Shown piece by piece: positions 1-10,369 of a DNA stretch of 41,088 bases. The translations under genes were made by a program, and so were the position numbers. Numbering within the stretch: position 1 is the stretch's first letter; each line of letters begins with the position of its first letter. This DNA is from Candidatus Woesearchaeota archaeon (lineage in GTDB: Archaea; Nanobdellota; Nanobdellia; Woesearchaeales; JACPBO01), in contig JACPBO010000010.1 of NCBI GenBank assembly GCA_016180285.1, forward strand, positions 1-41,088, read 5' to 3'. The notes below the pieces were generated by a model. That model was not told the DNA's origin and made no database searches. It was given only the letters and a program-made list of their open reading frames with translations.

Positions 1-39
1 GAACGGCAGCATTAGCTACTGGCATGTTAGCTGCCGTTC
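1..39. repeat. GC-rich inverted repeat (10-bp stem, 19-nt loop); possible terminator or palindromic element, may be cut by the window edge
   Basis: GAACGGCAGC (1-10) is the exact reverse complement of GCTGCCGTTC (30-39); a T-rich tract follows. Confidence 0.55.
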
Positions 40-143
40 AATTTTTGTTTTAGAGAAGGAGATATTTATTGGTTAGCACCATTAAGTTGACTGTGCCCTT
101 TGCAGCAAACATATTTAAATAGCCTGCATCATTCTTTTATTTC

Positions 144-1070
144 ATGGATAAGGATAACATCAAATTCAAGCCGGAGTTTATAAAAAGGTACTCTGAATTA
201 ACTGATTTTAAGGAGTTCAAAGAATATTCCCTGAAATTTTTAAGGAGAAGCATCAGAGTAAATACTTTAAAGATTGAAATTGAGAAACTGAAAAAAAGCT
301 TAGGGAAAAGCTGGATATTGGCTCAAATACCCTGGTGCAAGGAAGGATTCTGGGTTGAGCATAAGCAGGGAAGAAGGGATATTGGAAATGCGATTGAGCA
401 TTTTCTCGGCTATATTTATGTTCAGGAATCGGCTTCAATGATCCCGCCTATAGTTCTTGACCCGAAGCCAGGAGAGATTGTATTGGATATGTGCGCTTCT
501 CCCGGGTCAAAGACAACGCAGATAGCGCAGTACATGAAAAACAAAGGAATATTGGTTGCAAATGATTATAAGGGGGAGAGAATTGTGCCGCTTGAGATGA
601 ATATGCAGAGATGCGGGGCAGCAAACTGCATCATAACAATGATGCACGGAGAGTGGCTCAAGGAAATGAAGTTTGACAGGATCCTTGTTGATGCGCCGTG
701 CTCCGGAACAGGAACAATAAGGAAGAGCTTTAAAACATTATTGATGTGGAACCCGAATATGGTGAAAAGGCTGTCAGCAACGCAGAAGAACCTGATCGAG
801 ACTGCATTCAGCAATTTAAAAGAAAATGGAACCTTGGTTTATTCAACTTGTTCGCTGGAGCCTGAGGAGAATGAAGAGGTTGTTGATTACTTGTTGGGCA
901 AACATGATAATGCTGAACTTGAAGAAATAAAATTAGACATAAAAAGAAGCGAGCCTATTTTAAAATTTGAAAATAAAAAATACAGTGATGAAATAAAAAA
1001 ATGCCTGAGGATCTGGCCGCAGGATAATGATAGTGAGGGGTTCTTTGTGGCGAAGATTTCTAAATTATGA
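144..1070 (+). CDS. RsmB/NOP2/Sun-family RNA (cytosine-C5) methyltransferase
   Basis: Motifs YVQESASM, VLDMCASPGSKTTQ, ILVDAPCSGTG, LVYSTCSLEPEENE and GFFVAK; TATA-like TTTAAATA about 25 bp upstream. Confidence 0.95.
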   Translation: MDKDNIKFKPEFIKRYSELTDFKEFKEYSLKFLRRSIRVNTLKIEIEKLKKSLGKSWILAQIPWCKEGFWVEHKQGRRDIGNAIEHFLGYIYVQESASMIPPIVLDPKPGEIVLDMCASPGSKTTQIAQYMKNKGILVANDYKGERIVPLEMNMQRCGAANCIITMMHGEWLKEMKFDRILVDAPCSGTGTIRKSFKTLLMWNPNMVKRLSATQKNLIETAFSNLKENGTLVYSTCSLEPEENEEVVDYLLGKHDNAELEEIKLDIKRSEPILKFENKKYSDEIKKCLRIWPQDNDSEGFFVAKISKL

Positions 1071-1385
1071 GTTATTACTAATAAATGATTACTTAATGGA
1101 AATATTTAAATAGTGAGGAGCATTTTCTTTGTAAAAATAGAACTGAGATGGTTTTTATCAAACGATTGAAAAATCATTTTTTAGCTAGAATAAGGTTAAA
1201 TTAACCCAATAATGTCAGAATACGCATAAAAAAGTTCATTTAAAAAAAAGTGGGGCTTTAGGAACAATTACAGATAAGAGATAGTTAGCATAAAGCTTTA
1301 AAGATAAAAAAGAGCAGATCGGCAATCAGTAAAAAATATATGTTAGCTGGCAAATTGAACCATTTAATACTAAATCAGGTGAAAC

Positions 1386-2330
1386 ATGCACAATAAAACA
1401 GCCTTGTTATTGCTGTTGTTTTTACTGCCCTCAATTGTAATGGCAGAAACACTAGAAGCCTACAATATAGACCTGCAAGTCAAAGACATCAATAGCAGAT
1501 ACTATATTTTATCTGCAATCGAATACAATTTTAATTCTTCTTCCAATAAAAACCTTACAGTTGTTTTGCCACCTGATGCATGGGGTGTTTCTCTTGCCAT
1601 AGATGACATAACTTTAATTCCTGATGTTTCAAACAACAAAACAACCATACCAATAAAAACTTCTACAAAAAAAGTAAAATTGAGCTTTTACACAAGGGAA
1701 ATGCTCAACTATAATTCGCCAATGGCTGTTTTTTTCACAGAATTCATTGCCCCTTTTGATTCCAAATTGTTCAAGGCCGCTTTAACGCTGCCACCGCACT
1801 CCATCTTGATGGACCCAGTAGAAGAAGCAAATGCAAAGCCAACACGGATTGAAAGCAATGGCCAAAGTTCAATGCTTGTCTGGGAAAATTTCAATGCTTC
1901 AAAAAATTCCAAAATGACCGGCATGGCTGTATTTAACATTGGAGAAAGATCAGGCATCTTTTCTGACAAAAAAATGAACATAGTGCTTTCTGTATTAGTT
2001 GCAATCATAATGGCCCAAATCACGTTTTTAATAGTTTACAAGAAAACAAGGATGAAAAAGCTTGAAAGGAAACTCAGTAAAAAGTTCAGCATTGATGAGC
2101 ATCTCAAGGAAGACGAAAGCCAGATCATCAATATATTAAGAATGAAAGAAGGCAGAACAACACAAGGCACATTAAGGGTTATTACAGGGATGCCAAAAGC
2201 GAGCCTAAGCAAGCTTCTTTCGGAATTAGAAGCCAGAAAAGTGGTGCATAAAGAAAAAAGCGGCAAAAAAAACATTGTTAGCCTAAGAGAACATTTTATG
2301 AACAATAATGAGAAAGGTGCAGAAGTATGA
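1386..2330 (+). CDS. Membrane-anchored protein with signal peptide, extracellular domain, one TM helix and C-terminal winged helix-turn-helix
   Basis: Hydrophobic N-terminus; TM segment IVLSVLVAIIMAQITFLIVY; C-terminal LKEDESQII...TTQGTLRVITGMPKASLSKLLSELEARKVVHKEKSGKKN is a typical wHTH. Confidence 0.8.
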   Translation: MHNKTALLLLLFLLPSIVMAETLEAYNIDLQVKDINSRYYILSAIEYNFNSSSNKNLTVVLPPDAWGVSLAIDDITLIPDVSNNKTTIPIKTSTKKVKLSFYTREMLNYNSPMAVFFTEFIAPFDSKLFKAALTLPPHSILMDPVEEANAKPTRIESNGQSSMLVWENFNASKNSKMTGMAVFNIGERSGIFSDKKMNIVLSVLVAIIMAQITFLIVYKKTRMKKLERKLSKKFSIDEHLKEDESQIINILRMKEGRTTQGTLRVITGMPKASLSKLLSELEARKVVHKEKSGKKNIVSLREHFMNNNEKGAEV

Positions 2331-2412
2331 TGCCTATTTTGACAAAAACAAGCGATTGTTCCCGCAGTAAGATATTTACACTAGCCTTAAATACTGCCAA
2401 AGGTGATAAAAT

Positions 2413-5409
2413 ATGAATAAAAAAATGCTGCTTATAATTCCTTTGCTGTTTTTAGCTTTGATCAGCTTGGCTCTTGCATCAGGGCCACCCATAATAGTGG
2501 ACAAGCCCACAAATAACTCCATATTGCCAAATTCAACAACATCTGTTATTTTAGAAATCTATACAAACGAGTCATTTTGGTCAAAATGCAAATATGACAC
2601 AACAACAGCAAACTTCAGTTATGAAAATAGTCCTTCTAACTTAACATCAACTATCCTGTACGGAAATCTTGTCAAATATAATTTAACGTGGAACGTATCC
2701 AGCGGCAACACATATAACTTTTATTATAAATGCAATTCATCCAGCGGAATAAATGATGTTGGCGTATACCATACATTCAGCGTTAATGCTACGCCAGATA
2801 CAACTCCGCCAGCAATCTCAAATGTTGGAAATTCAACGCCGCCAACTGACAATGTAACCATCATCTGGAACACAAATGAAATTTCAAACAGCACTGTTTA
2901 TTACGGCCTTACAACAGCATATGGCTCAAAAGCAAAAAATGATACAGATACAGCAAACCACTCTGTTTTATTGGCTGGCTTGGCAACTGGCAGTATTTTA
3001 TACCATTACGCTGTTGAAAGCTGCGATGCTGCAGGCAATTGCGCAAACAGCTCGGATTATAATTTTACAACAGTCGGAGTTGCCGCCGGAAGTGCAGGCG
3101 GCTCTATAAACTGCACATGGCCTGCGACTGGAAACTGGACAATAAACGGGACAATGTATGTTAAATGTGAAAATGAGAATATAACGCTGAACGAAAGACT
3201 GTATGTGAAAGACAGGGCAGTTTTGGTATTAAACAAAAGTTCACTTGTATTAAATGGAAGTTCTCGGCAAAATAGCATTTACATAGAAAATACTGCAAAT
3301 CTTACGATAATAGAGTCTACAATATATGCAAATAATATTGCAACCATTATAAGATTTTATTTCAACGCAAAAAGCAGAATTGAGAACTCTTTCTTTGAAA
3401 AGACCGAGTTCTTTGGAAATTCAGCAAATGAAATAATTGACTCTGTGTTCAATGATACGGCAGATTTCTTTGATTATTCAAATAACACAATAATAAATTC
3501 GACATTTAATTTAGAGGCCAGATTTTACAATTACTCAAACAACACAATCAAGAATGCAACATTCAAGGATTATGCCAGGTTCTTTGGAAATACAACCAAC
3601 AAGATAAACAGAACAACATTCTATTCAACAACCAGCTTTGATGGAAACAGCAACAACAGAATAAACGAATCAACTGTATTTTATAGTGAAACCAGCTTTA
3701 ACGGCTCTTCAATAAACTCCATTGATGGTTCAACATCCAATGAAAGCGCATATTTCTACAATTATTCACAGAATACAATAAGGAATTCAAAACTAACAGA
3801 CATCAGCATTTACGGAAATTCAACAAACATATTCGAAAATGTTATCCAGTCATTCGGCAGCGGTACAGAATACGCAGCAGGAACAGGAGGCTCTAGCTCA
3901 AGCGATTATGAAATGGGGGGAAATATTGTCATTTATGGCGAATCAAATAATACATTTGTGAACACAACAATAAATGCTACAGCGTCTATAAGCGAAAAAT
4001 CAAATAATAAAATCAGCGGCGGCTATATTGATCATTTAGTAATTTATTCCGACTCGACAAACAACCTGACAATAGATGGCTTAAGAACAGGAATTGCAAC
4101 GAATGACATGCGGTCTACCACAACAAACTTTGCCATAAATCTCAGCAATGTTGATATAGCTTATTTAGGGTTTGATGCAAGGGGCAATTCAACAAATTTT
4201 TTAACAAATTCAATGATAAATGTAACCCTGCTTGAAGGCAACAGCACAAACAGGCTGAGAAATTTTGAAGCGCGCCGTGTTGGGGATTCTTCCCTATATC
4301 TGGCTGACAGTTCAGATAACACAATTGAAGATTCAAACATAAGCTCTTTATTTATCCAGCCATATTATGGAACTTTGGCTGTAAAAGATTTACAACCAGG
4401 CTTAATCAGCAATCACATAAACTCAACAGAAAGATTCAAGATAAATATAAGCAATACAAACATAAGCGAGATAAAATTCAGCTCATATCTTAATTCTGTA
4501 AATTACATCCAAAACTCCACGTTCAGCTATATTATTTTAAGAGGGAATTCAACCATTAATTTTAATGCCCCTCTAAGCACCACTAATGAGTTTGATGTTT
4601 ATACAAAAGATTCGACTGTAACAATAAGAGGGCACATCAATATAACCGCAAAAGACATAGCAGATTTCCATGACCGTACAAATATTACTAGAGTCTTCCC
4701 AATCTATGTATATGACCAGCATGGCAGCCTGGTCAATAACAAAAAAATAGAGATCAGGGATGAAAATGACAGTGTGATCTATGAAGGAAACACAAACGAA
4801 GGATACATAAATATTACATTGCTGTTCAATTATTCAAACTATTACAAAAACTACAGCATTTATGTTGAAGCGCCTCCTACTCAGAAAATAGGTGAATTCG
4901 GCTTGTTGAACAGCACACCAATAGAAGTCCAGATTGCATTGCCAGCGCAGCCAACACCTTCCACTACAGATGATAACAGCGGAGGCTCTCCTCCTACAAT
5001 CACACCATGCAAACCGAACTGGCAGTGCGCTGATTGGGAGCCTTGCTCTAAAGAAGGCGCAAGAAGCAGAAGCTGCACGAACTTAAACAGCTGCGCTGGA
5101 ACTAAACCCGCAATAACAGAAACATGCACTTATGCAGAGCTTGCTCCAGCCAAGGAGGAAGCGAAAAAAGAAGAAACAAAAGAAGAAGTTGTAAATCTAT
5201 TTGAAAAGGCTAAAATGCCTGATAAATTAAACAACGAAGTAAACAGAATAACTGCAGCAGCTGTCAGCGGGTCAATTGCAGAAGCAAATACGCCCATAGA
5301 CCGAGTAGTAAACACAACCAATCTGATAGCTGCATTAAGCACGATAGTTGCTGGCCTGGGAGTTTATATGTTTTACCAGCTAAAAAGCTTAGTTTTCATC
5401 AATTTATGA
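2413..5409 (+). CDS. Large secreted surface glycoprotein: FN3-like domain, parallel beta-helix-like repeats, Cys-rich motif, C-terminal TM anchor
   Basis: Signal peptide; DTTPPAISNV...IIWNTNEISNSTVYYG...YHYAVESCDAAGN (FN3-like); about 22-aa F-x-N/G-S-x-N-x-I-x-NS repeats; CKPNWQCADWEPC; many NxS/T sequons; C-terminal hydrophobic helix. Confidence 0.8.
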   Translation: MNKKMLLIIPLLFLALISLALASGPPIIVDKPTNNSILPNSTTSVILEIYTNESFWSKCKYDTTTANFSYENSPSNLTSTILYGNLVKYNLTWNVSSGNTYNFYYKCNSSSGINDVGVYHTFSVNATPDTTPPAISNVGNSTPPTDNVTIIWNTNEISNSTVYYGLTTAYGSKAKNDTDTANHSVLLAGLATGSILYHYAVESCDAAGNCANSSDYNFTTVGVAAGSAGGSINCTWPATGNWTINGTMYVKCENENITLNERLYVKDRAVLVLNKSSLVLNGSSRQNSIYIENTANLTIIESTIYANNIATIIRFYFNAKSRIENSFFEKTEFFGNSANEIIDSVFNDTADFFDYSNNTIINSTFNLEARFYNYSNNTIKNATFKDYARFFGNTTNKINRTTFYSTTSFDGNSNNRINESTVFYSETSFNGSSINSIDGSTSNESAYFYNYSQNTIRNSKLTDISIYGNSTNIFENVIQSFGSGTEYAAGTGGSSSSDYEMGGNIVIYGESNNTFVNTTINATASISEKSNNKISGGYIDHLVIYSDSTNNLTIDGLRTGIATNDMRSTTTNFAINLSNVDIAYLGFDARGNSTNFLTNSMINVTLLEGNSTNRLRNFEARRVGDSSLYLADSSDNTIEDSNISSLFIQPYYGTLAVKDLQPGLISNHINSTERFKINISNTNISEIKFSSYLNSVNYIQNSTFSYIILRGNSTINFNAPLSTTNEFDVYTKDSTVTIRGHINITAKDIADFHDRTNITRVFPIYVYDQHGSLVNNKKIEIRDENDSVIYEGNTNEGYINITLLFNYSNYYKNYSIYVEAPPTQKIGEFGLLNSTPIEVQIALPAQPTPSTTDDNSGGSPPTITPCKPNWQCADWEPCSKEGARSRSCTNLNSCAGTKPAITETCTYAELAPAKEEAKKEETKEEVVNLFEKAKMPDKLNNEVNRITAAAVSGSIAEANTPIDRVVNTTNLIAALSTIVAGLGVYMFYQLKSLVFINL

Positions 5410-5487
5410 CTCTTTAAAATGGATTAAATGAAAATAAACGATAATTTATATATCGGGATTATAAATTCAATAACGAGAAAGGAAATT

Positions 5488-6036
5488 ATGAAAAGATTCT
5501 TATTAACGGGATTGATATTAGTTGTAATTTTAATGGCCGGGTGTAAGGTATCTCAAGATGTATCTGCGCCAATTGAGACTGGTTTTAAGGAATATAAAAA
5601 CAGCGATATAGGTATAAAATCCATGATTTACCCGGCAGATTGGAGTTTTGTGGTTAGCGAAGATAGAGCAGTAGCAAGTTTTTCATCACCGGATAAAATA
5701 GCTGGATTTGACATTGGCGTGTATATTTATGATGAAAGCATAAATTTAGAAACCTTTCACTCTCGACTTTTAAAGATGTTTCCTGAAGAGCCTAATGTGG
5801 AATTCACAATTTTAGATGAGGAAATAAAAGAAATAAACAATCGTAAATGGTTGATTTCTAATCGTATTGTAAAAATTAATAATGTATCTATATGGCAGAA
5901 ATTTGGTTTGATATTAACAGGGTACTATGACAACCAGCAGACCATACAAATTGTTATGGAAACAGATGAAGAGCATTTTAAAGAATATAAATTACTATTT
6001 GATAAAATAGTGAAATCGATTAGATTCACAATATAA
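5488..6036 (+). CDS. Putative lipoprotein, PsbP/Mog1-like fold
   Basis: MKRFLL...MAGC lipobox-like signal; FKEYKN...IYPADW and C-terminal FDKIVKSIRF pattern; start moved from 5428 to 5488 because a TATA box lies near 5446. Confidence 0.6.
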   Translation: MKRFLLTGLILVVILMAGCKVSQDVSAPIETGFKEYKNSDIGIKSMIYPADWSFVVSEDRAVASFSSPDKIAGFDIGVYIYDESINLETFHSRLLKMFPEEPNVEFTILDEEIKEINNRKWLISNRIVKINNVSIWQKFGLILTGYYDNQQTIQIVMETDEEHFKEYKLLFDKIVKSIRFTI

Positions 6037-6065
6037 ATTAAAGGTCAATAGCCAATTCCAAAATA

Positions 6066-6239
6066 TTATTTTTTTGGTTTTGTTTTTGAAACTATGAAGA
6101 AATCTTTTCCAACATATCCGCAATCAAGACATTTCCACCCAACCAAACCTTGAGTCAATATAGGATTTCCTAATTTTGAGAAACCTTCTGCAATTACGAT
6201 CTTTTTACTGCCACATTTTGGACATGCTTGTTTTGCCAT
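6066..6239 (-). CDS. 57-aa CPxCG-type zinc-finger micro-protein (not in ORF track)
   Basis: Manual translation MAKQACPKCGSKKIVIAEGFSKLGNPILTQGLVGWKCLDCGYVGKDFFIVSKTKPKK*; two CxxCG knuckles; TATA-like TTTTTATAA upstream on the minus strand. Confidence 0.8.
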   Translation of the reverse strand: MAKQACPKCGSKKIVIAEGFSKLGNPILTQGLVGWKCLDCGYVGKDFFIVSKTKPKK

Positions 6240-6360
6240 ATATTAACAAATAAATTGGGGGTTATAAAAAGATTTCGTTTTATTTGGAATTGGCAATTTC
6301 ATCCGAAAAGTTCAAGTCGCCGAGCTAGAATAAGTAAATTTAGTTAGAGCTCCAGAAAAT

Positions 6361-7518
6361 CTAATATTGTTCGATAAATGAGTAGTATGATTTTTTTAAC
6401 TCATCATTATTTAATCTATCACAGAACATAAACTTTTTACAACTCACAATAAACAGTGTTGTTTCGACAGTATTATTTTTATCAGTGATGCAATATATAT
6501 TCTCAATTCTTTCATTTTCTGCATCTATCAAAGGATAGCAATTTTTATCCTTGATTTTAACAAAATCATATCTTCTTTTATCCATGACTGGCGCATAGTT
6601 GTTTTCAACGAACCAATTGTTAATTTCGGGTCTTAAATCAGCATTAATTTTTGATTCATCTAAAGGCGTACTAAGATTAAAAAAGTAAAAATTTTTTCCT
6701 TGTACAGGGATTTTACTATCGCTAAACAAAGTATAGACTGTCCAGTTTTTTTGTAAAGGCATTTTATAAACTGTATAAGTCATTCTATCCTCTGGTTTTA
6801 ATTTGAGATCGGCATAGTCTGTGATTGAATAGTGCATATAAAAAGTAGTGGCGATGGGTGTAAAATCGCCAATATCTGAAAGAAGATTATCCCTAAATTC
6901 AGGAGTAATATAATTATAAATTTCTGTTAAATTGTCTGTTGGAAATGAACTATACAAGAATTTCTTTTGTTCTTTTGTTATTGAATTCAGCATATTTTTA
7001 TCTTGGAGACTATAACACCTTAAATTAATGGTCTTATTAAAAACTAAATAATTATCAAACTCATATAAGCACATCTTGTCTCCTTTATTCATAAATTGTT
7101 GAATAAATCTATTAGATCTCTCATATCTTTCACGGCTCTTAACCTCATAATCTGAAGGGTACATCACTTTAAGAAATTCGTCATCCCATCCCTTTTGTAT
7201 CAAACGAATACTGTTGAGGAAAAATATTTCGGACTTTTCTTGACTTGTTTCAATATATACAGACTTAACTTTCGGTGGTAAGCCTTCTTTTGTGGCGTGA
7301 GTAAAATAGATACGAATATATTGAATGGGATAGTTAAAAATTCTATAATCTAAAATTTCGGTTTTTTCATTAATTATGGGGTTTGTCTTGTCATATTCTT
7401 CAATAGCTACAGCTTTAGGATATCCTATTTGAAGATAAATATAGCAATATAAGAACACGACTAAAAGAAGCACCAGGAAGAATGTTCCAAATCTTCGAAT
7501 ATTGAATTTATTAAACAT
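6361..7518 (-). CDS. Hypothetical membrane-anchored exported protein
   Basis: Long ORF with one N-terminal TM helix; ATG at 7518 lies 2 nt after the upstream gene's stop (track start 7593). Confidence 0.65.
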   Translation of the reverse strand: MFNKFNIRRFGTFFLVLLLVVFLYCYIYLQIGYPKAVAIEEYDKTNPIINEKTEILDYRIFNYPIQYIRIYFTHATKEGLPPKVKSVYIETSQEKSEIFFLNSIRLIQKGWDDEFLKVMYPSDYEVKSRERYERSNRFIQQFMNKGDKMCLYEFDNYLVFNKTINLRCYSLQDKNMLNSITKEQKKFLYSSFPTDNLTEIYNYITPEFRDNLLSDIGDFTPIATTFYMHYSITDYADLKLKPEDRMTYTVYKMPLQKNWTVYTLFSDSKIPVQGKNFYFFNLSTPLDESKINADLRPEINNWFVENNYAPVMDKRRYDFVKIKDKNCYPLIDAENERIENIYCITDKNNTVETTLFIVSCKKFMFCDRLNNDELKKSYYSFIEQY

Positions 7519-7520
7519 TG

Positions 7521-8183
7521 TCAAAACCGCCAGCCATGAATCAAAGCATAATTTAAAAAAATAACGAACATATTGTATAGCGAATGCAGCCACATTACCG
7601 TGATTAACCCTTTTCTTAAATATATTTTACCAAAAATTAAGCCAATAATAAATGTAGGAATAAGGTATAAAATTGTATAAATTGCTGGTCCGCTTCCAAA
7701 ATATAGATGGGATAAGCCAAACAATAGAGAAGAAAAAACCAAAGAGATTACTTCAGCGTGTTCTGTCCACTTAGAGATGATCTTTTTAGTCCAATTTAGA
7801 ATTCCCCATCTAAAAACTAATTCTTCGAGTGGACCTGCTAAAAGTCCAAAAAACAGCAAGTAGGTAGGAGGAAAAAATTTAAAAACTGTTTCAAGGTCAG
7901 ACAATTTTAAACCTGACATTTCAAAAAATAATCCAACTATTATGGCAATTATAAAAGTACCGAAGAAATAAACAGAAATTTCTCTAAAAAAATCAATGAA
8001 CCAGTTAAAACCATCACTCCAATTATCAGTTTCTCTTTTCTTCATGAATATTGCTAGAAAAAATAAGCCTATTGTTAGACTTAAAAAGAATAACCCTTTA
8101 AAGCCGATAGAAAATGAAAGAATAAAGGTTATGAGAGCAAAGAATAGAATCCAGTTACGTAAAGTAGCAGAGTCTTTTTTCAT
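7521..8183 (-). CDS. CPBP (CAAX protease/Abi) family intramembrane metalloprotease
   Basis: GPLEELVFRW, SSLLFGLSH and WLHSLYN motifs; multiple TM helices; start at 8183 downstream of a GAAGATTTATATA promoter (track start 8285). Confidence 0.9.
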   Translation of the reverse strand: MKKDSATLRNWILFFALITFILSFSIGFKGLFFLSLTIGLFFLAIFMKKRETDNWSDGFNWFIDFFREISVYFFGTFIIAIIVGLFFEMSGLKLSDLETVFKFFPPTYLLFFGLLAGPLEELVFRWGILNWTKKIISKWTEHAEVISLVFSSLLFGLSHLYFGSGPAIYTILYLIPTFIIGLIFGKIYLRKGLITVMWLHSLYNMFVIFLNYALIHGWRF

Positions 8184-8290
8184 ACGAAGATAATTTTGAA
8201 TTAAAGGTATATAAATCTTCCGACAGATTTTTTTGGGCTCGTAGATGTTGCGTTTAGATAAGACGAGGTGACTTGAATTGAACATAACAA

Positions 8291-9205
8291 CTATTTCCTA
8301 CACAATTTCAATAATTTCTCCCACTCTTCATCAACATTCTTCTGGATCTTTTCAAGAATTTCCTTGTTTTCTTGCTTAAATAAATGCGCAAATCTTCCTT
8401 GCGTCTTTAAGTAGTCTGAGACTGGGATCGGTTTTGCAGGATCGTAATTCAGCTTGTAAACTCCGTTCTCAACTTCGTACAAAGGCCAGAACCTGCTCTC
8501 AGCTGCAAGCTTTGCAATCTCTATTGCCATGTTTCCGGGGAATTTCCATCCAAGAGTGCAGGGCTGCAGAACATTCAGAAATGCCGGGCCGTCTGCATTA
8601 AACGCTTTCTCTGCTTTTGTATAGAGATCATTCCAATGCGCAACAGTTGTCTGCGCAACATAAGGGATATTATGGGCAGCCATGATCTTCGCAATGTCTT
8701 TTTTAAACTGCTCTTTGCCATGATGAATTTTTCCATCTGGCGAGGTTGTTGTCGCTGCTCCAAACGGAGTTCCGGAGCTTCTCTGAACGCCGGTGTTCAT
8801 GTAAGCTTCGTTGTCATAAAGCACATAAACAAATTTATGGCCTCGCTCAGCTGCTCCTGATAAGCTTTGCAGGCCAATATCATAAGTTCCGCCGTCGCCG
8901 CCGAATGCAACAAACTTGATGTCTTTCTTTACTTTTCCTTTTCTTTTCAAGACATTATATGCTGTTTCAACTCCTGAAATTGTTGCAGCTGCGTTTTCAA
9001 ATAATGAATGGATCCAGGGAACTTTCCATGCAGTATGAGGATAAACTGTTGATGTGACCTCCATACAGCCTGTTGCGCACGATGCAACAACATTGCCTGT
9101 GGCTTTCAATACAGTGTTGATTATCTGGGGGAATCCGCAGCCAGCGCATGCCCTATGGCCCGGTACAAACCTGTTCTCTTTCAAGGATAATTCTTTAAGG
9201 TTCAT
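8291..9205 (-). CDS. porB: Pyruvate:ferredoxin oxidoreductase beta subunit
   Basis: GHRACAGCG, ATGCMEV, TPP-binding GGDGGTYDIG...DNEAYMNTG, QPCTLGW. Confidence 0.95.
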   Translation of the reverse strand: MNLKELSLKENRFVPGHRACAGCGFPQIINTVLKATGNVVASCATGCMEVTSTVYPHTAWKVPWIHSLFENAAATISGVETAYNVLKRKGKVKKDIKFVAFGGDGGTYDIGLQSLSGAAERGHKFVYVLYDNEAYMNTGVQRSSGTPFGAATTTSPDGKIHHGKEQFKKDIAKIMAAHNIPYVAQTTVAHWNDLYTKAEKAFNADGPAFLNVLQPCTLGWKFPGNMAIEIAKLAAESRFWPLYEVENGVYKLNYDPAKPIPVSDYLKTQGRFAHLFKQENKEILEKIQKNVDEEWEKLLKLCRK

Positions 9206-10368
9206 TTTCTTAATCCTGCATATTTTTCCTGTTTTTTATTTGCCAATAAAGTATCAAAAATGCCTTCAATGTCTTTCTTGAAAATCTCCCTTCCACCCAG
9301 GCCAAATACAATGCCTGAAACATCCGGCTTTTTGTCTAATACGAACAATGAATTTAAAATTTCAGAATAAAGCGGTGCATTCGCGCCATAAGACTCTGCC
9401 CTGTCCAGAACAGCAATCTTTTCTGCATTCTTTAATGCTTCATTTACCTCGCCATATGGAAATGGCCTGAACAATCTTATTTTTAACAATCCAACTTTCT
9501 TTCCCTTGCTCCTTAATTCATCAACAACATCTTTCACAATGCCTGCAGTTGAGTTCAGCACAACAATAACAGCTTTTGCATCCTTTGATTTATATTCCTC
9601 AAAATAGCCATATTCCCTGCCTGTTATTTTTGAGATTTCACTGCCTATTTTCAGGAATTCCTTTTTTGCGCCCTGCATAGCATCATCGAGCTGGCTTTTT
9701 GTTTCAAAATTATAATTCTGGAGCTGTATTGCGCCATAAGTTATTGGGCGATCAACATCGAGCAACGAATACTTTGGCTCGTAATTGCCTGCAAATTTTT
9801 TAACAATGTTGTCATCTAAAATCTCAACATTTGCAACACAGTGCGAAGTTATAAATCCGTCCTGGCAGACCATGACCGGCAATAAGACATTTTTTGATTC
9901 TGCTAATTTGATTGCGATTAGATTGTGATCGTAAACTTCCTGCGCATCCTCGCTGTAGAGCTGGATCCATCCTGTATCTCTGCATGCCATTGAATCAGAA
10001 TGGTCGCAGTGTATGTTTAACGGAGATGACAGCGCCCTGTTGACAACATTCATGACAATCGGCAGCCTCAAGCCTGAAGCGACATTGAGGACTTCAAACA
10101 TCAATGCGATTCCCTGCGAAGATGATGCTGTCATTACCCTTGCGCCTGCTGCGCTTGCTCCAACAGCAATGCTCATTGCGCTGTGCTCTGACTCTGCATC
10201 AACTGTTTCCCCTGAAACTTTTCCGTCTGCATAAAACTGGGCAAATGTTTCAATAATGAAAGTCTGCGGGGTTATCGGGTAAGACGGAATTACATCAGGA
10301 TCGATCTGCCGCATTGCCTCTGCTGCTGCTTCATCCCCTGTTAATGCAAGTGTTTTTTTATTGGGCAT
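9202..10368 (-). CDS. porA: Pyruvate:ferredoxin oxidoreductase alpha subunit
   Basis: YPITPQT, ESEHSAMS, TASSSQG, VNRALSSPLNIHCDHSD, DGFITSH; operon context. Confidence 0.95.
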   Translation of the reverse strand: MPNKKTLALTGDEAAAEAMRQIDPDVIPSYPITPQTFIIETFAQFYADGKVSGETVDAESEHSAMSIAVGASAAGARVMTASSSQGIALMFEVLNVASGLRLPIVMNVVNRALSSPLNIHCDHSDSMACRDTGWIQLYSEDAQEVYDHNLIAIKLAESKNVLLPVMVCQDGFITSHCVANVEILDDNIVKKFAGNYEPKYSLLDVDRPITYGAIQLQNYNFETKSQLDDAMQGAKKEFLKIGSEISKITGREYGYFEEYKSKDAKAVIVVLNSTAGIVKDVVDELRSKGKKVGLLKIRLFRPFPYGEVNEALKNAEKIAVLDRAESYGANAPLYSEILNSLFVLDKKPDVSGIVFGLGGREIFKKDIEGIFDTLLANKKQEKYAGLRK

Positions 10369-10369
10369 T

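Noticed and set aside
6305..6330. tRNA T-loop-like GTTCAAGTC
   Set aside because: No flanking T-stem pairing, cloverleaf or acceptor stem
8278..8290. Integron attC/attI-like GTTATGT next to the porB stop, and GTTAGCT motifs near 26 and 1342
   Set aside because: No paired R/L boxes, no repeated cassette structure and no integrase
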